NCBI RefSeq assembly: GCF_004102945.1
Contig: NZ_CP019384.1
Span: 1,620,001-1,652,000, forward strand
Source: Candidatus Velamenicoccus archaeovorus
Lineage (GTDB): Bacteria; Omnitrophota; Gorgyraeia; Velamenicoccales; Velamenicoccaceae
Direction: 5' to 3'
DNA length: 32,000 nt
Shown here: positions 12,890 through 21,092 of the stretch, one piece after another
How the letters are laid out: the number at the start of each line of letters is the position of its first letter
Position numbering within the stretch: the stretch's first letter is position 1
Made by a program: the position numbers and the translations under genes
The notes under the pieces: model-generated
Seen by the model: the letters and a program-made list of their open reading frames with translations, nothing else
What the model was told of the DNA's origin: nothing
Database searches by the model: none

Positions 12890-14320
12890 TCAATATTCAG
12901 GCAAATCCGGATAATAAAGACGAATGACCTCTTTCGCGTCGGCCTCTCCCTGGGCGATCACGCTTGCCCAGCTGTCCTGGTTGTAATCTGTCTGACCGCC
13001 CTTGATATCGCCCCAGACGGTAGCGCCGTTCAAAAAGGCATTGTACTCCTGATCGATGCTGTCCCCCAGATTCTCGCCGCGTTCCGGCTGGCCTTGGTTT
13101 ATATCGTTGGTCCACCAGGCATGGGTCCCTTCGTGGGCCAGGATGGCCGCCTGCACTTCCGCCGTACTCGAAAATTCATCCAGATTGATCCTGATGGTGT
13201 TAAAAAGAGGTTCGTACCACGCCGCAACCGAATTGTCGCAATTGCCGAACCCCACCTTCACGTCATACAATAAAATGATCTCTGCAATCGTCGCCCCCGT
13301 AGGGCTGGTCGCCAATTCCAACAAGGCCTCTGCGGCCTGCAAGGCGTATTGCGACGTTGCCGAAGGCGTTGCGGAAAAGATTTCGGAGGAATAGGTGGCT
13401 TGTTCGCCGTAATGGGCATCGATGCGGTAATAATACGTCGTATCATTGGTAACGGTCAAATCCGTATAATAATCGGTTGTGCCATACCAATTTTCATAAA
13501 GCAGCTCGAACTCGCCCGCCGCCGACGTCGACCTGTAGATATCATAAGAATCCGGATAAATACCGATCCCGGCCCAACCGATAGTGACAAAACCGTCATT
13601 CCCTGTTGCAACGGGCGGATAAGTGAACCCCATGGCAGCGACGGTGCCGCCGCCTGTGCTGCCCCCGGAGGAACCGTCTCCCGAAGACCCTGTGGATGAA
13701 CTGCCCCCCGAAGAACCGCTGCCCGAAGAGCCGCTGCTGCCGGAGGAGCCGCCCAAGGAACCGCCTGAAGACCCGCCGGACGAACCGCCTCCTGAAGAAC
13801 CGCCGCCTCCGCCATAAGAAGAACTTCCGCCGGAGGAAGAACCTGAGGCGTAGGTATAGCCGACATGACCATCGGCATACATGGCAATGACAATCGGTTT
13901 CTCCTGCGCCTTTTCTTCGTCGACACGCTCGGCGACAGCCGCAAAATCATCGGCCGTGACATTGACGATCTTATACGTGAAATCCTTATCTTCAATCTGC
14001 ACTTCCGTGAGACGCTCGTTGATCTCCTGGGTATTCGTCGCGTTGACGAACGCCCCCTTCGCGGCCGCTTCCGACAACTGCGCCTTACGGACAGCGGCGA
14101 GATTATTGAGGGCTTCGGCATCTTGGGCTTTAGAAGTAACATGGAAATAAGAAACGGCGGCAAGAGAAGCCAGGACGGAAGTGACAACGACAATAATGAC
14201 AATCTCAAGAAGAGTGAACCCCGCCCTGAGAGAAAACCTTCTTCTATCAAGTCCCGCCGCAAAATGCAGCCGTGCGGCGCAATCTTTGAGGCGTCTGCTC
14301 ATTCTGCAGAGATTGTTCAT
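12890..14320 (-). CDS. Modular type IV pilin-like protein: prepilin N-methylation motif (G-FTLLE), pilin-like head, Gly/Ser linker, FN3-like domain, C-terminal HExxH domain
   Basis: 476 aa. LRAG/FTLLEIVIIVVVTSVLASLA (motif at 14204..14221). Gly/Ser run about aa 158-225. YDIYRSTSAAGEFEL...DTTYYYRIDAHY. AILAHEGTHAWW (HEGTH at 13121..13135). The C-terminal 160 aa are highly similar to the 407-aa paralogue, and both end YPDLPEY. Confidence 0.75.
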   Translation of the reverse strand: MNNLCRMSRRLKDCAARLHFAAGLDRRRFSLRAGFTLLEIVIIVVVTSVLASLAAVSYFHVTSKAQDAEALNNLAAVRKAQLSEAAAKGAFVNATNTQEINERLTEVQIEDKDFTYKIVNVTADDFAAVAERVDEEKAQEKPIVIAMYADGHVGYTYASGSSSGGSSSYGGGGGSSGGGSSGGSSGGSLGGSSGSSGSSGSGSSGGSSSTGSSGDGSSGGSTGGGTVAAMGFTYPPVATGNDGFVTIGWAGIGIYPDSYDIYRSTSAAGEFELLYENWYGTTDYYTDLTVTNDTTYYYRIDAHYGEQATYSSEIFSATPSATSQYALQAAEALLELATSPTGATIAEIILLYDVKVGFGNCDNSVAAWYEPLFNTIRINLDEFSSTAEVQAAILAHEGTHAWWTNDINQGQPERGENLGDSIDQEYNAFLNGATVWGDIKGGQTDYNQDSWASVIAQGEADAKEVIRLYYPDLPEY

Positions 14321-14358
14321 AAATATAAGTGTAACATATTCTTATAACGCGTTCCAGT

Positions 14359-15654
14359 CTAAAGAGAAGGCCGGAAATTTTCTTTCGGAAGATTGAAATA
14401 GCCCAGTCGTAGCCGCGGAACCTCCTGCCGTATCCGGCGGATCATGCGCAGGATCCCGACAGGCCGGCCGTTTACCAACGCCATCTTTTCAGAGAAAACC
14501 TCCGGATCGATGCATAGATTCCTTAGCTGGAGCAGATCCGCGTTTCCTTTTTTCAAAAAAGAGACGAGCCGCGCGACATCATCCGCGTCGTCGGTGAAAC
14601 CGGGAAAAGTCAGATAATTCAGGGAAACGAACAATCCGTTGCTTTTGGCTTCCTTGATGCTGGCGATCACATCGCTGAACGCATAGCCCCGAGGCCTGTA
14701 ATAAGCCCCATAGAGACGCGGATGAAAACTATTGATGCTGATGCGCACGCTGTCAAGGCCGCAGGCCGCCAACGCCCTGATGCGGGCCGCATCGCATCCG
14801 TTGCTGTTGAGATGAATGGTCCCTCTCTTCGTGGCGCGCCGCATCCGTATGATGGCTTCTTTGAGGACATCGACCTCCAGAAGCGGCTCGCCTTCACATC
14901 CCTGGCCGAAACTGACGATGGGGGCGCGCGCATGCTTCAGATGATGGATGGCGATCTCGGCCACTTCGCCGGCCGAAGGGACAAAACGGATCCGGCTGTG
15001 GGACGAAGAACAGTCCGTGTCCTGGGCAGACAGGCACCCCAGACAACGGCTATTGCACAGGGGAGAAACAGGCAAAGGCGCTTCCCACCGGCCCAAAAAA
15101 AGATTCTGTGCATTGCGACAGTTATATTGCAGGGCGCAATGCCTGAGATGTTTCAGGAGCCTGTTTGACGGATACTGGCGCGACAAACGGCGCATACCGT
15201 TGACGATCGACGGCCGGTCTGCGTAACAGGACGGTCTCTGTTTCCGGCCGGCGTCGATACGGACAGCCGCAGCCACAAACTTCCCTTGGGCATATCCAAC
15301 GGCGGTATAGGGCCACAAAGGCAGGGTAAGCCTTGGGTCTGTTTTTCGGGCTGCCGGCAGATAAAAACGCGTATAGCCGGGAACCATGAAACCGGCAGCG
15401 GGATAGACCCCTCGCCCCTGTATTTCCTCGAGAACAGCCGCTTTTCCGGCAAGGGGATCAAAACCGAAAGCACGATGACCCGGCAGGTAGAAAAAACTAC
15501 TCCCCGCGGGCAAAGAGATCCACTCTTCCTGCGCGGGTAAAACAAACCCTTGACCGTCAAACCCCAATGCCTTCAACGACGGATGGACGAACACATCTCC
15601 TTTCGCGTCGCAAAAAACCATGCGGGGCGCGCGAGACAATGCGGAACCGGTCAT
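14359..15654 (-). CDS. Radical SAM protein with roughly 200-aa uncharacterised N-terminal domain
   Basis: CNSRCLGC (C-x3-C-x2-C) followed by GEPLL. The start is taken at ATG 15654 (MTGSALSRAPRMVFCD...), which forms an ATGA overlap with the pseudouridine synthase stop. The track start is at 15732. Confidence 0.8.
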   Translation of the reverse strand: MTGSALSRAPRMVFCDAKGDVFVHPSLKALGFDGQGFVLPAQEEWISLPAGSSFFYLPGHRAFGFDPLAGKAAVLEEIQGRGVYPAAGFMVPGYTRFYLPAARKTDPRLTLPLWPYTAVGYAQGKFVAAAVRIDAGRKQRPSCYADRPSIVNGMRRLSRQYPSNRLLKHLRHCALQYNCRNAQNLFLGRWEAPLPVSPLCNSRCLGCLSAQDTDCSSSHSRIRFVPSAGEVAEIAIHHLKHARAPIVSFGQGCEGEPLLEVDVLKEAIIRMRRATKRGTIHLNSNGCDAARIRALAACGLDSVRISINSFHPRLYGAYYRPRGYAFSDVIASIKEAKSNGLFVSLNYLTFPGFTDDADDVARLVSFLKKGNADLLQLRNLCIDPEVFSEKMALVNGRPVGILRMIRRIRQEVPRLRLGYFNLPKENFRPSL

Positions 15655-16379
15655 TTTTTCTTTTTTCCTTTCGGCGTTTTCCGGATCTCCTGCATGATCC
15701 TGGCTACTTCCTGAGGCGTCAAAAAACGCCACTCCCCTTCTTTCAGGCTGCCCAACTCAAGACCCCCTTGACGGATACGCTTAAGCCTCTCGACATGATA
15801 ATGGAAAAGGGCAAAGACCTTGCGGATCTGGCGTTTGCGGCCCTCGTGAATCGCCATTTCCAGTTCCATCGGCCCCCTCTTGACGATGCGGCATGGCAAT
15901 GTCTTTTGACCCTCCAGCAGAATTCCTTGGCTGATCCGGCGGATATCGCCATCCCCGGCCTCCTTGTTCAAAACAACCCTGTACACTTTCTCCACTTCAT
16001 AGGACGGGTGGCTCATTTTATGCGTCAATTCCCCGTCGTTGGTCAACAACAAAAGCCCGGTCGTGTCCTTATCCAGGCGGCCGACGGGATGCAAGCCGGA
16101 TCTCAAGTGCTGCGGGATGAGCTCCAGGACGGTCTTGGACGCATGAGGGTCGCTGACAGTGCTTATTGTCGCCTGAGGTTTGTGGAGAAGGAGATAAATC
16201 TTCTGGGGGAGATGGACAGGACGGCTGTCAAAACAGACTTTGTCCGACGACGGACGGACATCGAAAGACGGCTCTGTGATCTGTTTGCCGTTGACGGTCA
16301 CGCGGCCGGCCAGGATCGGCTCAAGGGCCTTGCGCCGGGAACAGATGCCGGCGTGCGACAAAAATACCTGAAGACGCAT
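15651..16379 (-). CDS. Pseudouridine synthase, RsuA/RluB family, with N-terminal S4 domain
   Basis: 242 aa. MRLQVFLSHAGICSRRKA...(S4). Catalytic HPVGRLDKDTTGLLLLTNDGEL. Confidence 0.9.
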   Translation of the reverse strand: MRLQVFLSHAGICSRRKALEPILAGRVTVNGKQITEPSFDVRPSSDKVCFDSRPVHLPQKIYLLLHKPQATISTVSDPHASKTVLELIPQHLRSGLHPVGRLDKDTTGLLLLTNDGELTHKMSHPSYEVEKVYRVVLNKEAGDGDIRRISQGILLEGQKTLPCRIVKRGPMELEMAIHEGRKRQIRKVFALFHYHVERLKRIRQGGLELGSLKEGEWRFLTPQEVARIMQEIRKTPKGKKKK

Positions 16380-16408
16380 AAAGCTGCCTCTCTCTGCCCC
16401 CGCAGGCT

Positions 16409-16455
16409 AGCCTCGCCTGCCCCAAGCGGACAGGAAACTCTGGCAAGGGGGATTA
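16409..16455 (-). repeat. Family 1 repeat, truncated copy C
   Basis: gcctcgcctgccccaagcggacaggaaactctggcaagggggatta matches the last roughly 50 nt of copies A and B. The hairpin CCUGUCC/GGGGCAGG needs a G.U pair on the minus strand. Confidence 0.6.
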
Positions 16456-16523
16456 GCAAAAACGCCGCCGGGAATCGGCAGCGTCTCAAAAATTTTCTAC
16501 GCGCTTACGTGACACGGTTCTCT

Positions 16524-16943
16524 CTAGGAGACCCTGGGCGGACCGATGATGCTTCTGACGCGCCCCAGGATCTCTGCAGGCGAACAAGGCTTGGCCACGA
16601 CGCAGCGCTTGGTGACGCGCCGCGGCTTCAGCTGTTCTGATTTTCTTACAATGCTGGTCAAAAAAATAATGGGGATACGGCTTGTAAGAGGATCTTCCAG
16701 AAGGCGGGCCGCTATATCGGAGCCGTCGATATCAGGCAGCATCAAATCCAGGATGACGAGATCCGGTCGACGATCGCGAACCAGCCTCAACCCCTCTGCG
16801 CCGTTATCAGCCGCCTCAACGTCATAACCGTTCCTCTCCAGATACCCAGAAAGAGAATCAAGAATGTCCTTTTCATCGTCAATGATAAGGATGGATTTTA
16901 TTTTTGATCCGCCGCCTTCTTCTTGATCCATCATAGGCATCAT
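16524..16943 (-). CDS. Stand-alone response regulator receiver (CheY-like)
   Basis: 139 aa. ILIIDDEKD...PDLVILDLMLPDIDG...IPIIFLTS. There is no output domain. Confidence 0.88.
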   Translation of the reverse strand: MMPMMDQEEGGGSKIKSILIIDDEKDILDSLSGYLERNGYDVEAADNGAEGLRLVRDRRPDLVILDLMLPDIDGSDIAARLLEDPLTSRIPIIFLTSIVRKSEQLKPRRVTKRCVVAKPCSPAEILGRVRSIIGPPRVS

Positions 16944-16970
16944 TATAGCATAAAACTTTTTAAAAAGAGG

Positions 16971-17759
16971 CTAAAACCCAAAACCGGCGCCGGCGATCTC
17001 CGCCTCTTTTCTAGACCTTCTGATACGCTCGCTCATACGCACAGGCGCATTCAGTATCTCGAATGCCTTGCCCGCCTTCTTTTTTTCCTTCATCAGAAAT
17101 TCCAGAGTGTCTGCCAGGGCATAGGGGTCGTATCCTGCGCGTGCCAGATACTTCACGGCGAGCGCATCCGCCTCAAGCTCATCTTGACGGCCATAGCCGC
17201 GGCCCAAGAGATCAAAAACCGCGTCCGAAGCGCCGGCGACCATCCGGATGATCTGAGGGTCTTTCTGCCCGACGCCCGCCAATACCAGACCGACAAACAT
17301 CTCATCCCCTAAGACAGACTGCATGCGCTTGACGGTGTGATAGGCCGCCACATGTGCAATCTCGTGGGCGACAATGGCTGCCCGTCCGTCATCATCCAGA
17401 TCTTGATATAACCCGCGGGACAGATAGACGTAGCCTCCAGGAAGCGCAAAGGCATCATAATCTGGGCTATCAAAAGTCTGCAAATGATAAACGATATCAG
17501 GCCTGTCCGAAGCCGCAGCGATCTTGCGGCCGATGGCATTGAGGCGGCGTTGCTCGACGGAATTATTCCACGGTGCATATCGCGGCGCGATGATCAATTG
17601 GGCCATGCTGCGGCCAACCTGCACTTCCTCGGCGCTATCGACAACAACGGTTTCCGGCCCCGAAGGGATGGCGGGTGGACGCGCCGTGGCGCAGCCCATA
17701 CAAACACAGCATATCACCGGCAAGAAAAAAACAAGCAGTTTTGGGACAAAAGAAGACAT
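16971..17759 (-). CDS. M48-family zinc metallopeptidase lipoprotein
   Basis: 262 aa. Lipobox CMGC. AAIVAHEIAHVAAYH (HExxH) plus the downstream ELEADALA typical of M48. Confidence 0.85.
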   Translation of the reverse strand: MSSFVPKLLVFFLPVICCVCMGCATARPPAIPSGPETVVVDSAEEVQVGRSMAQLIIAPRYAPWNNSVEQRRLNAIGRKIAAASDRPDIVYHLQTFDSPDYDAFALPGGYVYLSRGLYQDLDDDGRAAIVAHEIAHVAAYHTVKRMQSVLGDEMFVGLVLAGVGQKDPQIIRMVAGASDAVFDLLGRGYGRQDELEADALAVKYLARAGYDPYALADTLEFLMKEKKKAGKAFEILNAPVRMSERIRRSRKEAEIAGAGFGF

Positions 17760-17765
17760 TTCTCG

Positions 17766-18167
17766 TCAACTCAAAAGCGCCTTGATCTTTTCGGGGATCT
17801 TTCTCGGCTTCAAATCCCTATCGATCAAGACATGAGAGGTATATCCTTCACACAGGACTTTATCTTCGCCTTTGCGTGTGACCTTGTATTCGAACGTCAG
17901 GCTGGAATTCCTGACGGCCGCAGGCCAGGTGGAGACAACAATGGTCTCGCCGTAGCGCGCCGGTGCCTTATAGACACAGTGGGCCTCGACCACGGCCATG
18001 AACAGCCCGTCTTTCTCGACATCCCTGTAATCCATGCCCTGGCTCAAAAGATATTCCGTACGCCCTACCTCGAACCAAACGAGATAATTGGCGTAATAAA
18101 CAATCCCCATGTTGTCCGTCTCGGCATATCGCACCTTGATTTCCGTCGTGTGTATTTTAGGCGCCAT
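17766..18167 (-). CDS. Acyl-CoA thioesterase, YbgC/4HBT hotdog family
   Basis: 133 aa. EIKVRYAETDNMGIVYYANYLVWFEVGRTEYL is the 4HBT/YbgC signature region. Confidence 0.88.
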   Translation of the reverse strand: MAPKIHTTEIKVRYAETDNMGIVYYANYLVWFEVGRTEYLLSQGMDYRDVEKDGLFMAVVEAHCVYKAPARYGETIVVSTWPAAVRNSSLTFEYKVTRKGEDKVLCEGYTSHVLIDRDLKPRKIPEKIKALLS

Positions 18168-19209
18168 GTTCTTTGTCTCCTTGAAGCGTCTGATAACGCA
18201 GCTGGCCGCAGGCGGCGCTGATATCGCTGCCGCGCGGCAGACGCAGGGTCACATCCACACCGTGCTTTTCCAAATAGCTCTTGAAAAACAAGACTTCAAG
18301 CTTCACTGGCGGCTCGAATCCCAGGCGGGAAACCGCTGGATTGAAGGGGATCAGGTTGACGCGGGCATTGAGGCCCCGAATGAGGCCGATCAGCGCCTGT
18401 GCATCCTCCACCGTCGTATTAAAGGCGCGCAAAAGCACATACTCGAAAGTGATCTTTCTTTTCGTCGCCTGGGCATAGACACGCAGGGCGCGCATCAGCG
18501 TCTCAAGCGGGAAACGCTTGTTGACGGGCAGAAGCCGGCTGCGTTTTTCATCCGTCGCCGCATGAAGGGAAACAGAAAGCTCCAGTTGCAGCTTTTCCCG
18601 GCTCAGGCGTTCGATGGCCGGCGCCAGGCCGCAGGTCGAGATCGTCATTTTTCTGGCGCCCAACCGGACACCCTGCTCGTCATTGAGGATCCGGATCGCC
18701 CGCAAAAGGTTTTCATAATTATCCAGAGGCTCGCCGATTCCCATAAAGACGACGTTCGAAATATGGCCGCCGGGCACATGGGCGGCGATGGTCAGAAACT
18801 GTCCGATGATCTCGCCGGCATCAAGATTGCGCCTGAAACCCGCGATCCCGCTCGCGCAAAAAGCGCAGGAATAGCGGCAGCCGACCTGGGTAGACAAACA
18901 AGCCGTCAGGCGGGATTTGGCCGGGATGGATACGCTCTCAATCAGGGAACGATCTTTGAGACGCAGGAGGAATTTTTGAGTCAGGTCAGCCGACGTCTGG
19001 ATCTTCTCGATGGCAGGAGACTGAACCGTATAATAACTCTTTAAAAAGGCTTTAAGATCATGCGGCAGATTCGCCATGGTGGCAAAATCGCCGACACCTT
19101 TTTTATAGAGCCAGTCAAAAACCTGGCGGGCGCGGTAAGCGGGGAACCCGCCGGCCGTCAAATTTTTCTCCAGTTCCACGAGACTCAGATTCCTTATGTC
19201 TTCGACCAT
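18157..19209 (-). CDS. rlmN: 23S rRNA (adenine2503-C2)-methyltransferase, radical SAM
   Basis: FPAYRARQVFDWLYKKGV, STQVGCRYSCAFCASG and GIGEPLDN. The start is taken at MVEDIRNL (ATG 19209). The track start at 19314 lies inside the MOSC gene. Confidence 0.92.
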   Translation of the reverse strand: MVEDIRNLSLVELEKNLTAGGFPAYRARQVFDWLYKKGVGDFATMANLPHDLKAFLKSYYTVQSPAIEKIQTSADLTQKFLLRLKDRSLIESVSIPAKSRLTACLSTQVGCRYSCAFCASGIAGFRRNLDAGEIIGQFLTIAAHVPGGHISNVVFMGIGEPLDNYENLLRAIRILNDEQGVRLGARKMTISTCGLAPAIERLSREKLQLELSVSLHAATDEKRSRLLPVNKRFPLETLMRALRVYAQATKRKITFEYVLLRAFNTTVEDAQALIGLIRGLNARVNLIPFNPAVSRLGFEPPVKLEVLFFKSYLEKHGVDVTLRLPRGSDISAACGQLRYQTLQGDKEHGA

Positions 19210-19679
19210 GGCCAGAACGATCTCTTCTCGCGCAACAGACGGATAGGGTCGCGCAGGCGGATCTCCCCGCTTTCTTCGACGACGCCAAAGATGCCGGCTG
19301 TCGGCATAAGACACACTCCTGTCTTCTTTTTTATCTCACAGCCGTCGTGGCAGGCCTTGCCGATCTGGGTCACGCGCAAGACGGCCGAAGGCCCCACGGC
19401 GAGGCGGTCGCCGACCTTGACATCTGAAAGATCCATGCCCTCCGTGGTCAGGTTCTCGGCAAAAACGCCGGGGTGGAGATCAACGCCGTCCGCCTTGACC
19501 ACATCCTCGAATTTCTCGATGTCTTCAATGCTCAAAAGGCTGACCTGGCGTATACCCGGCCCTGCATGGGCATCTCCCTCCAGGCCCTGGCCTGCGACAA
19601 GACGCCCTAGGCGCTGCATGGATTTAGGACCTTTCTTCTGGGAGGAAACGTTGATCGAAAAGATGCGTCCGCTTGTCAC
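19194..19679 (-). CDS. MOSC domain-containing protein
   Basis: 161 aa. GLEGDAHAGPGIRQVSLLSIEDIEKF... is typical of small MOSC proteins. The GTG start forms a GTGA overlap with the moaC stop. Confidence 0.8.
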   Translation of the reverse strand: MTSGRIFSINVSSQKKGPKSMQRLGRLVAGQGLEGDAHAGPGIRQVSLLSIEDIEKFEDVVKADGVDLHPGVFAENLTTEGMDLSDVKVGDRLAVGPSAVLRVTQIGKACHDGCEIKKKTGVCLMPTAGIFGVVEESGEIRLRDPIRLLREKRSFWPWSKT

Positions 19680-20134
19680 AGAGATGCCTTCCAGACCCCG
19701 CTCTTGCCGCCCCTCTTCTCCAGAAGACGCAGGTCTTTGATCACGATGCCCTTGTCGTAGGCCTTGGCCATATCATAAACCGTCAGGGCCGCGACCGCGC
19801 AGGCGCAAAGCGCTTCCATCTCGACGCCCGTGGCATAGGCGGTTTTGACGACAGACGTGATCTCCAGGGCCTCCGGACGGAATGAAAACGAGATATCGAC
19901 GAAGCTGACCGGCAAAGGATGACAGAGAGGGATCGTCCCCGCCGTATTCTTGGCCGCCAGGATCCCCGCCGCCTGGGCGGCGGCCAGACAATCGCCCTTC
20001 CCCAGTGCGTTCTCTTTGATCATCTTGAGAACGCGGGAACACGCGCAGAGACGGACACGCGCGCAGGCGAGGCGCGCTGAAAATTTTTTCTGTGAAATAT
20101 CCACCATCCTGATACGGCCCCTTACGGATCCCAT
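19676..20134 (-). CDS. moaC: Cyclic pyranopterin monophosphate synthase
   Basis: MVDISQKKFSAR..., GKGDCLAAAQAAGILAAKNTAGTIPLCHPLP, TGVEMEAL...ALTVYDMAKA. The start is probably ATG 20134, just after the moaA stop. Confidence 0.92.
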   Translation of the reverse strand: MGSVRGRIRMVDISQKKFSARLACARVRLCACSRVLKMIKENALGKGDCLAAAQAAGILAAKNTAGTIPLCHPLPVSFVDISFSFRPEALEITSVVKTAYATGVEMEALCACAVAALTVYDMAKAYDKGIVIKDLRLLEKRGGKSGVWKASL

Positions 20135-20135
20135 C

Positions 20136-21092
20136 TCATCCTCCGATGGACGACATTTCAAAAAACCTGCTGCACGTCATCTTGTTATAGCGGCCCTTGG
20201 CTTCGGCTGTCTGCGCGATAAGGTTGGCGACGTCATCTATTCGTCCGGCGCGCAGCAATGTCCCCACGTCCGCATAATGCTCGGTATGCAGACAGGGGAA
20301 AAGCTTGCCGTCGGCCGTCAGGCGCAGACGATTGCACCCGGAACAGAAAAAATGCGTGACGGAACTGATAAACCCCAGACGCGGGCCGCCGCAGGAGAGC
20401 CGATAATATTGCGCCGGCCCGGACAAGGGATCAGACCCCTCCGGCGCCAAAGGCCCGAATGTCGTCTCGATGATTTTTATCACGTCGGCCGAAGCGACAT
20501 AGAGAGATCTGAACGCCTGACGGCGCTTCTGCGTCGGAAAATATTCGATAAAACGGATGACCAGGTCGCGCTCCAGGCCGAAACGCACGAACGAAGCGAT
20601 CTCGTCGTCGTTAAAACCCCGGACCAGAAGGACATTGATGCGCACATCCGTCAGGCCGTTCTGGCGGGCGGCGCGGATGCCTTCCAGCACCCGCTCCAGG
20701 CCGTCGACGCCGGTCAATGAACGGAAACGGCCCCTTTGAAGCGTATCAAGACTGACATTGAGCCTCCGCAGACCCACGAATGGGCGCGCGGCGAGAGTAT
20801 CTGCGAGCGCAAAACCGTTTGTCGTCATCGATACCAACTCAAGCCCTTTGATCGCCGCCAGCCGCCTGACGATATCGTGGATGCCGGCGCGCAAAAGGGG
20901 CTCGCCGCCGGTCAGCCGGACATGGCGGATACCGAGACCGACAAAAAGCCGCGCCAGACGTTCAAGTTCACCGACGTCCAGATATTCCCGATCGGAAAGA
21001 AATGCCTCCTTCTTCTGCGCCCCGCAATAAAAACAATCGAAGGAGCAGCGATCCGTCAAGGAAAGCCGTAAATATGAACATGTATGCGTCAT
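20136..21092 (-). CDS. moaA: GTP 3',8-cyclase (radical SAM)
   Basis: LRLSLTDRCSFDCFYCGAQ (C-x3-C-x2-C), LTGGEPLLR, and a C-terminal FCSGCNRLRLTADGKLFPCL cluster. The start at ATG 21092 forms an ATGA overlap with the moeA stop. Confidence 0.92.
   Translation of the reverse strand: MTHTCSYLRLSLTDRCSFDCFYCGAQKKEAFLSDREYLDVGELERLARLFVGLGIRHVRLTGGEPLLRAGIHDIVRRLAAIKGLELVSMTTNGFALADTLAARPFVGLRRLNVSLDTLQRGRFRSLTGVDGLERVLEGIRAARQNGLTDVRINVLLVRGFNDDEIASFVRFGLERDLVIRFIEYFPTQKRRQAFRSLYVASADVIKIIETTFGPLAPEGSDPLSGPAQYYRLSCGGPRLGFISSVTHFFCSGCNRLRLTADGKLFPCLHTEHYADVGTLLRAGRIDDVANLIAQTAEAKGRYNKMTCSRFFEMSSIGG

Noticed and set aside
11812-13849. Possible CRISPR-like or tandem repeat array in the repetitive GGN-rich DNA.
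   Set aside because: The repeats are irregular codon-level low complexity inside intact ORFs. There is no repeat-spacer periodicity.
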